Source of the DNA: a virus
Direction: 5' to 3' (one strand)
Length of the DNA stretch: 64,000 nt
IMG/VR virus record: IMGVR_UViG_3300010218_000004
Coordinates: 1 to 64,000 of that record
A model generated the notes under the pieces. The model made no database searches. It saw only the letters and a list, made by a program, of their open reading frames with translations, and had not been told where the DNA came from. The first letter of the stretch is position 1, and each line of letters starts with the position of its first letter. Positions 18,052 through 27,290 of the stretch are shown piece after piece. Made by a program: the position numbers and the translations under genes.

Positions 18052-19037
18052 CGGCCCGCCTCGATGCCGAGGGCCTTCCGGCAGCCGGGGCACGTGACGG
18101 CCCTGCCACGGCCCGCGGGCACCGTCGCCTTCGGGATCTCGCCGCACGCCGTCGCCTGCTTCCCGTATCCGTTCACCGGCACCATGCGGGTCGCGTGGAC
18201 GTTCCGGCCGCCCTTCACCCGGTGACGGCCCTGGTAGTCGTCCGCGCCGGCCGCCTCCGTCTCGCCGGGGCACGGGCACGGCGGGTGTTCGGTGCGAGTC
18301 TCCCGCGTGCCGGAGGCGATGACGCCGCAGGGACCGCGCCCCGTGCACGTGCGATGCCCACACCGGGCGCACGCGTCGGCGGGCGGGGCGGCGAGGAGGA
18401 TCGCTCCGGTCGTCACGGTCTTCCGTTCGACGGTCCAGCCGGCCGCCTCCAGCGTGGCCGCGTACGCGTTGGCCTGACGGCGCGCCTCCGTCCAGCGCTG
18501 AGCGTTGCTCATGCGGGCGGGGTCGAGGACGTTGAGGTTGGGGAACCGGTGGTGCACACGGGCCCGGCCGTCGGTGCCGGCGGTGACGGCGTACCCGGCG
18601 GCCGTGCACGACCCGTAGGCGTTACGGACGGCCGCGGTGTGGGCGGGGGCGAGGAGCAGCGCGGCGGCCCGTACGACCGCGGGGACGGACGGCCCGCAGT
18701 AGTCGTGGTCGTCGCAGCGGCAGGACCCGCAGGTGAGGCAGCGCTCGCCCTTCACCGTGTCGCAGGCGGGGCAGCATCCGCACGCGGCCGCGTCCGGCCC
18801 GTCGCAGTTGTCGCACGGCTCCGGGGCGGGGGTGTCGTCGGCGGTGTCGATGCCGGCGAACAGGTCGAGGGTGCCGCAGCCGTCGTCGGCGGGGGCGTCC
18901 ATGAACGGGAACAGGGACGCCTGTACGGGGCGCACGGGCCGCCCGAAGTCGTCCGGGGTCATCTTGTTCCACGGGCGGCCCTGCGGGCCGTGTGCGGCCG
19001 CCTGGCGGCCGGCGGTGGGCGTCTCGGGGGTGTTCAT
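18048..19037 (-). CDS. Hypothetical Cys-rich protein (329 aa)
   Basis: ORF track entry. Contains many CxxC motifs. Confidence 0.65.
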   Translation of the reverse strand: MNTPETPTAGRQAAAHGPQGRPWNKMTPDDFGRPVRPVQASLFPFMDAPADDGCGTLDLFAGIDTADDTPAPEPCDNCDGPDAAACGCCPACDTVKGERCLTCGSCRCDDHDYCGPSVPAVVRAAALLLAPAHTAAVRNAYGSCTAAGYAVTAGTDGRARVHHRFPNLNVLDPARMSNAQRWTEARRQANAYAATLEAAGWTVERKTVTTGAILLAAPPADACARCGHRTCTGRGPCGVIASGTRETRTEHPPCPCPGETEAAGADDYQGRHRVKGGRNVHATRMVPVNGYGKQATACGEIPKATVPAGRGRAVTCPGCRKALGIEAGR

Positions 19038-19058
19038 CGGTGGGTGTCCCTTCCGGGG

Positions 19059-19466
19059 TCAGGCGGCGGCGCGGTCGGCGCGACGGGCGGCGGCGAGGAG
19101 GTCGTCGTACTGGGTGCGGGTGATGCGGGGGTGGCGCTCCCAGAACTCGCGGAGTTCCTCGGAGGCGTAGCGGGCGGCGCGGGCGAGGGGGCCGGCCCAC
19201 AGGTCGTAGGGGTTGATCCCGGCGGCGCGGCCGGCCTTCGACAGGAGGTAGCCGTTGCAGGCGAGTTCGGCGGCCTGCACCTGCGCCGCGGTGTGCTCGG
19301 CCCACAGGGCGGAGACGGCGTCGTACCGGGCCTTCGTGTCGGCGCGCTTGCGGTCGAGGGCGTCACGGCGGTCGCACTCGCGACGGATGGCGTCCTGCGT
19401 CTTCTCGTCGGCGGTGCCGTACAGCTCGCACAGCTTCTCGTCGGTGAGGTTCCGCAGGCGCTTCAT
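19059..19466 (-). CDS. Hypothetical protein
   Basis: ORF track entry. First gene downstream of P2. Confidence 0.65.
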   Translation of the reverse strand: MKRLRNLTDEKLCELYGTADEKTQDAIRRECDRRDALDRKRADTKARYDAVSALWAEHTAAQVQAAELACNGYLLSKAGRAAGINPYDLWAGPLARAARYASEELREFWERHPRITRTQYDDLLAAARRADRAAA

Positions 19467-19488
19467 CGGGGCTCCCTTCTCCGTGGTG

Positions 19489-19527
19489 TGTAGCTACATC
19501 ATATGCGTGTCGTGTAGCTACACGCAA
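19489..19527 (-). promoter_or_regulatory. Promoter cassette P2
   Basis: TGTAGCTACA at 19489-19498 and 19513-19522. On the minus strand: -35 TTGCGT, -10 TATGAT. Confidence 0.7.
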
Positions 19528-19547
19528 GAGGGTTGGGGGAAACGACT

Positions 19548-19580
19548 TCACCCCCGGCCAGGTCGAGTGGCCGGGGGTGA
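19548..19580 (-). terminator. Hairpin, RNA loop CUCGACC
   Basis: 13-bp stem TCACCCCCGGCCA/TGGCCGGGGGTGA. The plus-strand loop is GGTCGAG. Confidence 0.65.
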
Positions 19581-19593
19581 AGTGCGGGGGACG

Positions 19594-20001
19594 TCAGGGG
19601 CGGGCGGCGAGAATCGCGCGGGCGGAGGCGAGCAGGCCGGCGACCGCCTGCGTCACCGTCTCGCCCGGGCGGACGGTGTTGTTGCGCTCCAGGCAGAACA
19701 CCCGGAACTTCTCCCGCGTCGACCCGAACTCCACCGGCTCGTACGCGGCCAGCCACTCCCGGGCGCGCTCCGCGTCCTGCTCCCACTTCGCCTGCGCCCC
19801 GGCCGCCTGGTTGGCGACCCAGGTGGACTTGCGGCCGAGGGCGCGGGCGGCGCACGCGGTGCCGTAGTAGACGACCTCGCCCTCCTCGTTCCCGTCGACA
19901 TCCAGGGGCATGAGGGCGACGACCCGCTTGAGGCCGCGCCGGGTGCAGCAGCCGCAGGTGTCGGTGTCGTCGTTGATGCCCTTGATGATGAAGCCGGCCA
20001 T
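19594..20001 (-). CDS. Hypothetical protein
   Basis: ORF track entry. Monocistronic between P3 and the hairpin. Confidence 0.65.
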   Translation of the reverse strand: MAGFIIKGINDDTDTCGCCTRRGLKRVVALMPLDVDGNEEGEVVYYGTACAARALGRKSTWVANQAAGAQAKWEQDAERAREWLAAYEPVEFGSTREKFRVFCLERNNTVRPGETVTQAVAGLLASARAILAARP

Positions 20002-20030
20002 GGTGTCCTCCGCGTGTTCCGCGCCGTCCG

Positions 20031-20069
20031 TGTAGCTACAGACTAAGTGCCGTGTGTAGCTACACGCAA
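20031..20069 (-). promoter_or_regulatory. Promoter cassette P3
   Basis: TGTAGCTACA at 20031-20040 and 20055-20064. TTGCGT-N18-TAGTCT. Confidence 0.7.
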
Positions 20070-20140
20070 GCGGGTGGGTGAGCGAAACCGCCCCACCCGG
20101 GAGGGTGCGGCGGACTGGCGAGGAGTGAACGACCGGCGAG

Positions 20141-20173
20141 GCGCACCCCGGCCCGGTCGAGTGGCCGGGGCGC
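20141..20173 (-). terminator. Hairpin, RNA loop ACUCGACCG
   Basis: Stem CCCCGGCC/GGCCGGGG with extensions. The plus-strand loop is CGGTCGAGT. Confidence 0.6.
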
Positions 20174-20186
20174 CGCAGGGGGTGGG

Positions 20187-20525
20187 TCAGGCGGCGAGCG
20201 CCATGCGGGCGACGGCCGCCTTGTACTCGTCCTTCCGCGGTCGGTAGTTGGCGCGCAGCACGGCGACCTGGGCCGGCGTGTACCGGTAGGAGGGGCGCAG
20301 CCGGTCGGCGTCCCGGTGGGTGCGCGCCACCTTCACCGGCTGCACGTTGAGGCGCTTCGCGACGGAGCGCAGGCCGGAGGCGACGCCGTCGGCGGTCTTC
20401 GCGTCGACCCCGGCGGCGAGGGCGTGCGTCTTGAGGGAGCGGCCCCGGCGGAGGGAGGTGACGAGGCGGGTGGCGGCGGAGCGCTCGCGGATGATGCGGC
20501 GGGCGGTGCGTGAGTTCTGGTTCAT
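20187..20525 (-). CDS. Hypothetical basic protein
   Basis: ORF track entry. Lies between P4 and the hairpin. Confidence 0.65.
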   Translation of the reverse strand: MNQNSRTARRIIRERSAATRLVTSLRRGRSLKTHALAAGVDAKTADGVASGLRSVAKRLNVQPVKVARTHRDADRLRPSYRYTPAQVAVLRANYRPRKDEYKAAVARMALAA

Positions 20526-20566
20526 CGGTGCCTCCTGTGCTGTCCGGCCGGGCCGTCCCCGTTCCG

Positions 20567-20604
20567 TGTAGCTACAGACTAAGTGCTGTGTAGCTACACA
20601 CCAA
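20567..20604 (-). promoter_or_regulatory. Promoter cassette P4
   Basis: TGTAGCTACA at 20567-20576 and 20589-20598. TTGGTG-N17-TAGTCT. Confidence 0.65.
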
Positions 20605-20640
20605 GGGGGTTTTGCCTGGTCAAGCCACCGAAAAACGCGG

Positions 20641-20671
20641 CCGCCCCCGTCAGGTCGAGTGACGGGGGCGG
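20641..20671 (-). terminator. Hairpin, RNA loop CUCGACC
   Basis: CCGCCCCCGTCA-GGTCGAG-TGACGGGGGCGG. Confidence 0.65.
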
Positions 20672-20687
20672 CCGGCGCGCGCAGGGG

Positions 20688-21056
20688 TTAGGCGGCCTGG
20701 CGACGCAGGCGCCGGGTGTTGCGGAGGAAGTTGCGGGCGGCGTCACGCCGCATGCGCTCGAGGTCGTTCGTGATCGCGCACGTGCTCTGCGACTCGCTGC
20801 GCTCCAGCAGGAGTTCGGTGCACTCCTCGCGGACGCTGTCCAGGGCCTCGAGGGCGCCGGCCTTCTCTAGGCGGTTGAGCACCTGCCGCCACGGCAGGGC
20901 CTCCGCCTGGGCCGTCATGACGGGCTTGAGGGTGTGGGCGTCGATGTAGCCGCCGGTGGAGACGACGTCGGCGAGCGCCTTGCGGGCCCGGCCCTCGGTG
21001 TCGATGGCGCAGCCGGCGTTGAAGCGGATCGTCTCGGCGAGGTCGGTGTTCGTCAT
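20688..21056 (-). CDS. Hypothetical protein
   Basis: ORF track entry. Downstream of P5. Confidence 0.65.
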   Translation of the reverse strand: MTNTDLAETIRFNAGCAIDTEGRARKALADVVSTGGYIDAHTLKPVMTAQAEALPWRQVLNRLEKAGALEALDSVREECTELLLERSESQSTCAITNDLERMRRDAARNFLRNTRRLRRQAA

Positions 21057-21100
21057 GTCGGGCTCCCTGTCGGGGTGGTGGGGCGGTCCGTCCCGCTCCG

Positions 21101-21138
21101 TGTAGCTACAGACTAGAGGTGCGTGTAGCTACACGCAA
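21101..21138 (-). promoter_or_regulatory. Promoter cassette P5
   Basis: TGTAGCTACA at 21101-21110 and 21124-21133. TTGCGT-N17-TAGTCT. Confidence 0.7.
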
Positions 21139-21206
21139 GGGGGTTGGGGGAGATGGCTGCGCCCCGACGGGACTACCTCCCGCCGGGGCGCAGCGCACGC
21201 GGCACG

Positions 21207-21650
21207 TCACACGGCCACCGGCTGCAACTCCTCCCGAGTTACCGCGTCGTCGGCCGGGGGCACGTGGTGGACGATGCACGTGCCGGAGTTGCAGGGCCGG
21301 CCCACCTCTCCGTCCCAGTAGGCGCGGTGCGCGTCGATGGCGGCGGCCTCCCAGTCGTCGCCATCGGTGAACTCCGGGCGCCGCTCGGCCCACTTGGCGA
21401 ACGCGCGGGCCAGGTCGGGGCGGGTGTAGAACTCGGACAGGCCGTGGTACTTCACCAGGTTGACCCAGGAGGCCCGGACGGAGTCGTAGGAGCGGCGGGA
21501 GTAGTCGTGGCCGCTGCTGGGGTCGATGTCCTCAAGGGCGGTACCCGACTCGATACAGAGGGCGGTACGGGCGTCCGCCATCGATGTGCGGTTGTCGGCC
21601 ATCCCGTGACAGTTGGCGTAGCGCATGATCAGGAACGTGGAGCGCTTCAT
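21207..21650 (-). CDS. Hypothetical protein
   Basis: ORF track entry with a GAGGAGG RBS. It has no promoter cassette of its own and lies behind the hairpin at 21691-21727. Confidence 0.65.
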   Translation of the reverse strand: MKRSTFLIMRYANCHGMADNRTSMADARTALCIESGTALEDIDPSSGHDYSRRSYDSVRASWVNLVKYHGLSEFYTRPDLARAFAKWAERRPEFTDGDDWEAAAIDAHRAYWDGEVGRPCNSGTCIVHHVPPADDAVTREELQPVAV

Positions 21651-21690
21651 GCGGCCCCTCCTCGATGGTTGTGCGGCGTGTGGTCGGGGT

Positions 21691-21727
21691 GGGCCGCCCC
21701 TGCCCGGTCGAGTGGCGGGGGCGGCCC
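21691..21727 (-). terminator. Intra-operon hairpin, RNA loop ACUCGACCG
   Basis: 14-bp stem with one mismatch. The plus-strand loop is CGGTCGAGT. Confidence 0.55.
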
Positions 21728-21743
21728 GTGGTGGTGCCGGGTG

Positions 21744-22088
21744 TCAGGCGAGCGTGTTGAGCGGGATACGGAGCGGGGCGCCGGTGAACGGGATCTCCGC
21801 GAGGAGGTCGCGGAGCCGTTCGGCGCCCGCGATCCGCCTCCGGGCCTGCTCGGCGAACGGGTTGCCCTCCTCCGGGGCGTGCGCGAGGAGCGGCACGAAC
21901 AGGAACCCGCCGGAGGCGTTGCGCAGGACGCCCTCGGTGAGGGACCAGCGCCGGCGGTCGAAGTTCACGAGAATCGTGAGCGACTCGAAGGTGCCGATGC
22001 GCTCCTCCACCGCGGCCGCCTGACGGGCGGCCCGGATGAGGTCCGGCGAGATGTAGTCGACGGAGAGTTCAGCGGCAGTGTTGTGCAA
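21744..22088 (-). CDS. Hypothetical protein
   Basis: TTG start six nt after a GGGAGGA RBS, inside ORF 21744..22166. The upstream part of that ORF is the promoter cassette. Confidence 0.55.
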   Translation of the reverse strand: MHNTAAELSVDYISPDLIRAARQAAAVEERIGTFESLTILVNFDRRRWSLTEGVLRNASGGFLFVPLLAHAPEEGNPFAEQARRRIAGAERLRDLLAEIPFTGAPLRIPLNTLA

Positions 22089-22129
22089 GGGGAATCCTCC
22101 CTGGTGGGCCGGGGCCCTGCGCCCTGGCG

Positions 22130-22168
22130 TGTAGCTACAAGCTAAGTGGCCTATGTAGCTACACACAA
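22130..22168 (-). promoter_or_regulatory. Promoter cassette P6
   Basis: TGTAGCTACA at 22130-22139 and 22154-22163. TTGTGT-N18-TAGCTT. Confidence 0.65.
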
Positions 22169-22180
22169 GGGGTCGGGTGA

Positions 22181-23092
22181 TCAGAAGAACGCGACCTGAC
22201 CAGGCTCTACCGGCTCCTCCGGCGCGTCATCGACGACGTCGACGGGCACGGCCGCACGGAACGCGGCCGCCACCTCCGCCGTGCTCCGGCCCGGCACGTT
22301 CCCCCACATCAGGACCGTCCCCCGAAGCTGCCGCGCCGCCTCCCAGTCGTCGCCGCTGAGGTTCAGCGGGCCACCCGTCAGGTGTTCGACGAGCAGCCGG
22401 GGAACGGCCGGCCGCACCGCCCAGTAGGCGCGCCACGCATCACTCTCGGCCGAAGACGGCTTCGCCGCGACGAGTGCCCGGTCCAGGGCGTGGAGCATCG
22501 TGCACGGCGCCGAGTCGACGTACCCGGCCGGGTCGTGCGTCTCCCCGCCCGGCCGGTGCCCGACGTCCTCGATGTGCGCGGCCGCCCACTCCAGCACGCC
22601 CGCCACGGTCACCGGGCGCAGCGCACGCGCAGGCCGGCCCGGCCGTACAGCGGCCGCCAGGACGTCGTCCGCGACCCCGGCGGCCTCCCGGAACAGGGCG
22701 GCCACGTCGGCGCCCGTACGCCCCTCCTGCATGCCCCAGTGGTGCACGACGAACCGGCGGTGCCGCTCCTCGTCGGCCCATTCCATGTCGTGCACCATCG
22801 CGCCGCCGGCGGCGAGGTCGGAGACGACGTCGAGGGCCAGGCGCGCCGCGGCCCGGATCGCCGGATAGTCGTAGGTGCGGGCGCTGGCCATTCGGCCGTC
22901 GCCGCCGGCGACGTCGAGGGCGCCGAGGATGCCCGGGCGCAGGAGCCGTGTCGTGGTGGTGGAGCCGTCCCGGCCGAACCGTTCGCCGTCGCGGCCGTCG
23001 TGGAACCCGCGGGCCTCGATGTGCGCGGCCGCCCACTCGAGCAGGTCGGGCGCCGTGGTCGGCAGGACGGTGGACTCGACGCTGTAACGCAT
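22181..23092 (-). CDS. Hypothetical protein with an internal tandem domain duplication
   Basis: LLEWAAAHIEARGFHDG... and VLEWAAAHIEDVGHRPGG... each begin a ~130-aa repeat that ends in ...GR(T/S).A(D/E)VAA.FR.AA.V. Confidence 0.65.
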   Translation of the reverse strand: MRYSVESTVLPTTAPDLLEWAAAHIEARGFHDGRDGERFGRDGSTTTTRLLRPGILGALDVAGGDGRMASARTYDYPAIRAAARLALDVVSDLAAGGAMVHDMEWADEERHRRFVVHHWGMQEGRTGADVAALFREAAGVADDVLAAAVRPGRPARALRPVTVAGVLEWAAAHIEDVGHRPGGETHDPAGYVDSAPCTMLHALDRALVAAKPSSAESDAWRAYWAVRPAVPRLLVEHLTGGPLNLSGDDWEAARQLRGTVLMWGNVPGRSTAEVAAAFRAAVPVDVVDDAPEEPVEPGQVAFF

Positions 23093-23119
23093 GATGCCTC
23101 CGTAGGGGCGTGCAGGGGT

Positions 23120-23150
23120 GCGCCCGGGCGCGGTCGAGGGGCCCGGGCGC
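23120..23150 (-). terminator. Intra-operon hairpin, loop contains GGTCGAG
   Basis: GCGCCCGGGC-GCGGTCGAGGG-GCCCGGGCGC. Confidence 0.55.
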
Positions 23151-23164
23151 GGAGATCGGGTGGG

Positions 23165-23368
23165 TCAGGCGGTGGCGGTGGCGGCGATGGCCTCGCGGCG
23201 CAGCGCGTAGCCGTAGCCGAGGAAGCCGTTCGCGGTGTCCTCGACGGGCCGGCCGTTCGCGTCGAAGGCGCGGAAGGTGCCGAGGTGGCCGGTGACGTAG
23301 CCCTTGCGGACGCCGTTGCGGTAGACGTCGAGGCGGCCGTGTCCGGCGCGGCGGGTGGTGACGTGCAT
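23165..23368 (-). CDS. Hypothetical small protein (67 aa)
   Basis: ORF track entry, flanked by two conserved-loop hairpins. Confidence 0.55.
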   Translation of the reverse strand: MHVTTRRAGHGRLDVYRNGVRKGYVTGHLGTFRAFDANGRPVEDTANGFLGYGYALRREAIAATATA

Positions 23369-23401
23369 GGGTGACTCCTCGAGAGTGTCGGAACGGGTGA
23401 T

Positions 23402-23436
23402 GCGGGCTCCGGCGCGGTCGAGGTGCCGGAGCCCGC
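23402..23436 (-). terminator. Intra-operon hairpin, loop contains GGTCGAG
   Basis: GCGGGCTCCGGC-GCGGTCGAGGT-GCCGGAGCCCGC. Confidence 0.55.
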
Positions 23437-23447
23437 CCGGGCGGGGA

Positions 23448-24128
23448 CTACGCCCGCAACGTGGTCAGGATGTTCACGGCGCCCTCGACGGCCGTGACCG
23501 AGTCGCGGCCGACGTGCACGGCCGCCGCGTACCAGCCGCCCCCCGTGCAGGGCGCCATCAGCTGGTATCCCTCGCAGTCGCCGTAGCAGTCGCGCGCCTC
23601 GCACTCCATCACCCAGAAACGGCCGCCCGACAGCTGCTTGAGGGAGCCGTGGTAGGTGACCTGGGTACCGTCGCGCAGCGGCACGGGGCGCACCGGGCGC
23701 ACCGGCGCGGGAGCCTGGTACGGCTCCGGCTCGACGTCGACGGCGAGGCCCTGCCCGGCCGCCTGGCGGGCGTTGACGACCTGCGCCGCGCCCTGGCGGA
23801 GGTTGCGGGTCGTACCGGCGGCGAAGAAGTCGCCGTTGACGACGTCGAACCACTCGACGTGCACGCGGGTGCCCGCGCCCTGGAGGAGGACGCCGACGAC
23901 GTCGCCGCCCTGCACGACCTTCCAGCCGCGCACGGTGAGGAGGAACTGCGCCTCGTCCCAGCCGCGGGTGTTGAGGCCGGCGGCCGCCCACTCCCAGTCC
24001 GCGAGCTCGGCGGGCAGCATGCCCTCCAGGGTGACGGTGACGTCGCCGACGGTGCGGAGGACCAGGGCGCCCGCCGCGTCGCGCTCGCCGGCGAGGACGT
24101 TGCGGGTGGTGAAGGTGATCGCCTTCAT
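23448..24128 (-). CDS. Hypothetical protein
   Basis: ORF track entry. First gene downstream of P7. Confidence 0.65.
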   Translation of the reverse strand: MKAITFTTRNVLAGERDAAGALVLRTVGDVTVTLEGMLPAELADWEWAAAGLNTRGWDEAQFLLTVRGWKVVQGGDVVGVLLQGAGTRVHVEWFDVVNGDFFAAGTTRNLRQGAAQVVNARQAAGQGLAVDVEPEPYQAPAPVRPVRPVPLRDGTQVTYHGSLKQLSGGRFWVMECEARDCYGDCEGYQLMAPCTGGGWYAAAVHVGRDSVTAVEGAVNILTTLRA

Positions 24129-24172
24129 GGTGGCCTCCGTGGAGGTTGGTGGTGCGGGTCCGTCCCGCTCCG

Positions 24173-24211
24173 TGTAGCTACACTCTAAGGAGTTTGTGTA
24201 GCTACACGCAA
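24173..24211 (-). promoter_or_regulatory. Promoter cassette P7
   Basis: TGTAGCTACA at 24173-24182 and 24197-24206. TTGCGT-N18-TAGAGT. Confidence 0.7.
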
Positions 24212-24239
24212 GCCTGGTTCGGCCAGGAATCTCAACCCA

Positions 24240-25349
24240 TCACGCGGAGGCGCACAGTTCCCCCACCTCGTCCCGCAACGCGGCCACCACATCCGCGTCG
24301 AGGGAGTACCGGGCGACCTCCTCATCAGTCGGCACCCAGCCGGTCGGCCGCTTCCGCCACGTGTGCGTGAACGGCACGCCCTCCACGCAAGCCCACGCCT
24401 GCCGCATCCGCTCCTGCAACTCCTCCGCCGCGGCCCGCTTCTCCCACTCCGCCAACCACCGCGCACGCTCGACGCACCGCCGCTCCTCCTCGGCCCAGAA
24501 CGCCCGGGAGCGGCGGGCCTGCTCCTCACCGCCGCGCAGTGGCCGCAGAGGCTCCCGCCACCGGTTACGCGGCAACTCGACCGGAGTGGGGCGCACACGC
24601 TCCCACGCCGCCAGCGCGCGGCGTCCGTCGACGGTCGGCGTGATGTGGCGGCGGCCGCCGTCGTCGGGATCGCCGACCGTCAGGAACCAGGCGTCGGTGA
24701 GGGCATCGAGCGGGGTGGCGGCGACGCGGCGCCCAACGCGGCCCGGTGCGGTGACGCGGCGCAGCACGCCAGCGGCGTCGATGAGGAGTTGCCCGGCGGC
24801 GGCCCACGTCACGAGGTCGGCATGCCGGGTGGACCAGTGCAGGGCGGCGGCCTGCTCCTCCAGGCGGTGCTCATCGTGCACGTCTACGGCCGGCTCCTCC
24901 ACCACCGTCTCGACGGCCGACTCCTCAACAGCCGGCTCCTCGAGGGCCGTCTCGGCGGCCGGCTCCTCGATGGCCGCGGCCGGCTGCTCAACGACAGGCT
25001 CGGCTACGGGAGCGACAGGGGCGGCCTCGACCGCCACCGGGGCGGTCTCACGGACGCGGGGGCCCGAGTTCATGATCGACGTGAACGGGCGGCCGCTGTC
25101 GCTGTACCGGACGGAGACGCGGAACGGGAAACCGCTAGCGTCCGTCCTTTCCTCGATCTCGTCGGCGTTGGCGGCGATGACCTCCTCGGCGTGCCGGCTG
25201 TAGACGACGACGTACGTGTAGAGGCGCTCGCCGTTGCGGTACTCGCCGGTGACCCGGAAGTCTCCGCCGCGCCCCTGAGTCAGGCCGAGGCGGCGCAGCT
25301 CGCGGGCGAGTCCGACGGTGGGGGTGGTGGGCGGGGCGATGAGGGTCAT
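24240..25349 (-). CDS. Hypothetical protein with an acidic EEPA(V/A)E repeat linker
   Basis: Internal ATG with an AAGGAG RBS. The upstream part of ORF 24240..25451 is promoter sequence. Confidence 0.65.
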   Translation of the reverse strand: MTLIAPPTTPTVGLARELRRLGLTQGRGGDFRVTGEYRNGERLYTYVVVYSRHAEEVIAANADEIEERTDASGFPFRVSVRYSDSGRPFTSIMNSGPRVRETAPVAVEAAPVAPVAEPVVEQPAAAIEEPAAETALEEPAVEESAVETVVEEPAVDVHDEHRLEEQAAALHWSTRHADLVTWAAAGQLLIDAAGVLRRVTAPGRVGRRVAATPLDALTDAWFLTVGDPDDGGRRHITPTVDGRRALAAWERVRPTPVELPRNRWREPLRPLRGGEEQARRSRAFWAEEERRCVERARWLAEWEKRAAAEELQERMRQAWACVEGVPFTHTWRKRPTGWVPTDEEVARYSLDADVVAALRDEVGELCASA

Positions 25350-25385
25350 GATGGCTGCTCCTTCCGGGGGCCGATCGCCCCGTTG

Positions 25386-25423
25386 TGTAGCTACAGCTTG
25401 CCTGATCGTGTAGCTACACGCAA
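25386..25423 (-). promoter_or_regulatory. Promoter cassette P8
   Basis: TGTAGCTACA at 25386-25395 and 25409-25418. -35 TTGCGT. Confidence 0.65.
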
Positions 25424-25451
25424 GGAATGTTGTGCCAGATCGGCGAGACAA

Positions 25452-25931
25452 TCACAGTCGGGGCAGAAACTCATCGAACGCGGCCTCCGCGGCCTCCGCG
25501 TGCGTGACCGGCGTGAGGGTGACGAAGGGCTCCGTGTCGCCCCACGTCACGCTGGCGCCCGTCGAGGGGTTCAGGAACGTCCCCTCCCACGGTCCGCGGG
25601 AGCGTTCGCCGACGGTGCCGCCCTCAACGAGGGAGACCTCGGCGCGCACGGTGCTACTCCCGGGGACTGCTCCGGACCACTCGGGCCCGGCGGCCTGGTC
25701 CCTCACCTGCTCGGGGAACACCGGCCGGTAGTAGGCACGGATGATGTCGGCGGCGTCCGGGGCGAGGTCGGCGTCGCCGGCGTGGATGAGGGTCCGGAAG
25801 ACGCTCCGGTGCCCCTTCCCCCACTCCTCGGCCCTGAGGGCGAGTTCCGTTGCGGCGTCGATGATGGCGTCGGGCATGACGTCCAGTTCGGCGGCGAGCG
25901 CGAGGGCGCTGACGTTGACACGGGTGCGCAT
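25452..25931 (-). CDS. Hypothetical protein
   Basis: ORF track entry. Confidence 0.6.
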   Translation of the reverse strand: MRTRVNVSALALAAELDVMPDAIIDAATELALRAEEWGKGHRSVFRTLIHAGDADLAPDAADIIRAYYRPVFPEQVRDQAAGPEWSGAVPGSSTVRAEVSLVEGGTVGERSRGPWEGTFLNPSTGASVTWGDTEPFVTLTPVTHAEAAEAAFDEFLPRL

Positions 25932-26027
25932 GACGATCGGTCCTTCCAGGGGTGGGATGGCGGGGCGCCCCGACGGGGGATGTCGGGGCGGTTGCGGCGC
26001 TGGGTATGGGGCAGGGGGGTTGCGGGG

Positions 26028-26270
26028 TCAGCGGTTGCCCGTCGCCGGCGGGGTGTCGGCGTCGGCGTCGGGGAGGGCGTTGCGGAGGCCCCTGTCGCAC
26101 CCCGTCCCGTCGGCGGTTCGCGATGCGGTCTCGTAGGCGCGTCGGGCTTCGGTGGCCCCAGCGGTGAGCCGCTCCGCGGCGGCGCGAGCGTCGGCGGCGG
26201 CCTTCTCCATCTGTAGTGCTGCGACGTACAGGGCGCTGATCAGTTCGGGCGCAGGCTCCGGGGTGGCCAC
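26028..26270 (-). CDS. Hypothetical protein
   Basis: ORF track entry. Confidence 0.5.
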   Translation of the reverse strand: MATPEPAPELISALYVAALQMEKAAADARAAAERLTAGATEARRAYETASRTADGTGCDRGLRNALPDADADTPPATGNR

Positions 26271-26274
26271 CGAC

Positions 26275-26463
26275 TTAGCCCCTGCCCGCGACGATCACCG
26301 GCTGATGCTTCGGGTAGGTGACCTGATCTCCGTTGGAGTAGGTGATCGTCACGGTGTCTGCCTCTTCCTCGACTCGGTCGACGAGGTACGGGAACGGGTC
26401 GTCCTCGCGGATCACTCGGTCGTTGCGAGTGAGGCTGTCGGCGGTGGTGATGCTGGCCTTCAT
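26275..26463 (-). CDS. Hypothetical small protein
   Basis: ORF track entry with a GGAGGA RBS. First gene downstream of P9. Confidence 0.55.
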   Translation of the reverse strand: MKASITTADSLTRNDRVIREDDPFPYLVDRVEEEADTVTITYSNGDQVTYPKHQPVIVAGRG

Positions 26464-26506
26464 GGGAGTCCTCCGTGGAGATTAGTGGGGCGACTTGCCT
26501 GCTGCG

Positions 26507-26545
26507 TGTAGCTACACTTTAAAGGTAATGTGTAGCTACACGCAA
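26507..26545 (-). promoter_or_regulatory. Promoter cassette P9
   Basis: TGTAGCTACA at 26507-26516 and 26531-26540. TTGCGT-N18-TAAAGT. Confidence 0.7.
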
Positions 26546-26557
26546 GGGGTGGTGGGC

Positions 26558-26935
26558 TCAAAGGCCGATCGCGCCCCGCGCCCCTTCCGGGGCGGTCTCC
26601 GGGTTCCCGTCCCACGGGTTCTCGGGGTCCTCGCCGTCCAGGAGGATCGGGTCGGGGTCGGGGGCGTCGACGTCGCACCAGCACGGGCGGCGCGTCTTGC
26701 AGTCCGCGCACCACGTCGGCGACGGCGCGCACCCGGGCCGGTAGCAGCCCTCGTCCCAACACAGCGGGCAGACGTCCCGGTTGTCGCGGGTGCGGTGCCA
26801 GCCACGGGAGCGGAGGAGCCGGCGGATCTTCTCTGCCGTGGTGTGCCACGGGTACAGGCCGCGCCCCTCGGCCGGGCACGCGGTGCCGGGCCCTCCGGGT
26901 GTGCCGTCGCAGCCGATGACGAGTCGAATGGTCAC
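26558..26935 (-). CDS. Hypothetical Cys-rich protein
   Basis: ORF track entry. Contains CPLCWDEGC...CADCKTRRPCWC. Confidence 0.6.
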   Translation of the reverse strand: MTIRLVIGCDGTPGGPGTACPAEGRGLYPWHTTAEKIRRLLRSRGWHRTRDNRDVCPLCWDEGCYRPGCAPSPTWCADCKTRRPCWCDVDAPDPDPILLDGEDPENPWDGNPETAPEGARGAIGL

Positions 26936-27225
26936 GACGTCTCACCCCCGCGCGGCGCCCAGGCGGGGCAGTGGACGCGCAGGCCGGCGTCCAGGTCGCG
27001 CCCGGCGTTGCAGCCCTCCGGCCAGCCGGGGTGCTGCTCGTACGGGCCCTCCTCCGCCGGCTCGTAGTGCACGCACGTCTTGCAGGCCCGGACGGCCGGG
27101 TTCTGCCAGCAGCGGCCGATGTGCGCCGTGGCGGCCGCCTTCTTCGCCCGGGTGATGCGGCAGAACGGGCACTGATGCCGGACGACGACGACGGGGATGG
27201 GCAGGGTGACGAGTGTGGGCTTCAA
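26932..27225 (-). CDS. Hypothetical zinc-finger-like protein
   Basis: Contains CPFC...CKTC...C..C. The stop overlaps the next start. Confidence 0.6.
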   Translation of the reverse strand: MKPTLVTLPIPVVVVRHQCPFCRITRAKKAAATAHIGRCWQNPAVRACKTCVHYEPAEEGPYEQHPGWPEGCNAGRDLDAGLRVHCPAWAPRGGETS

Positions 27226-27290
27226 TGCAGCCTCCTCCTCGCATGGTTGGGCCCGGCCGCCGGGGTGGGCGGCCGGGCGTACGGGCAGGG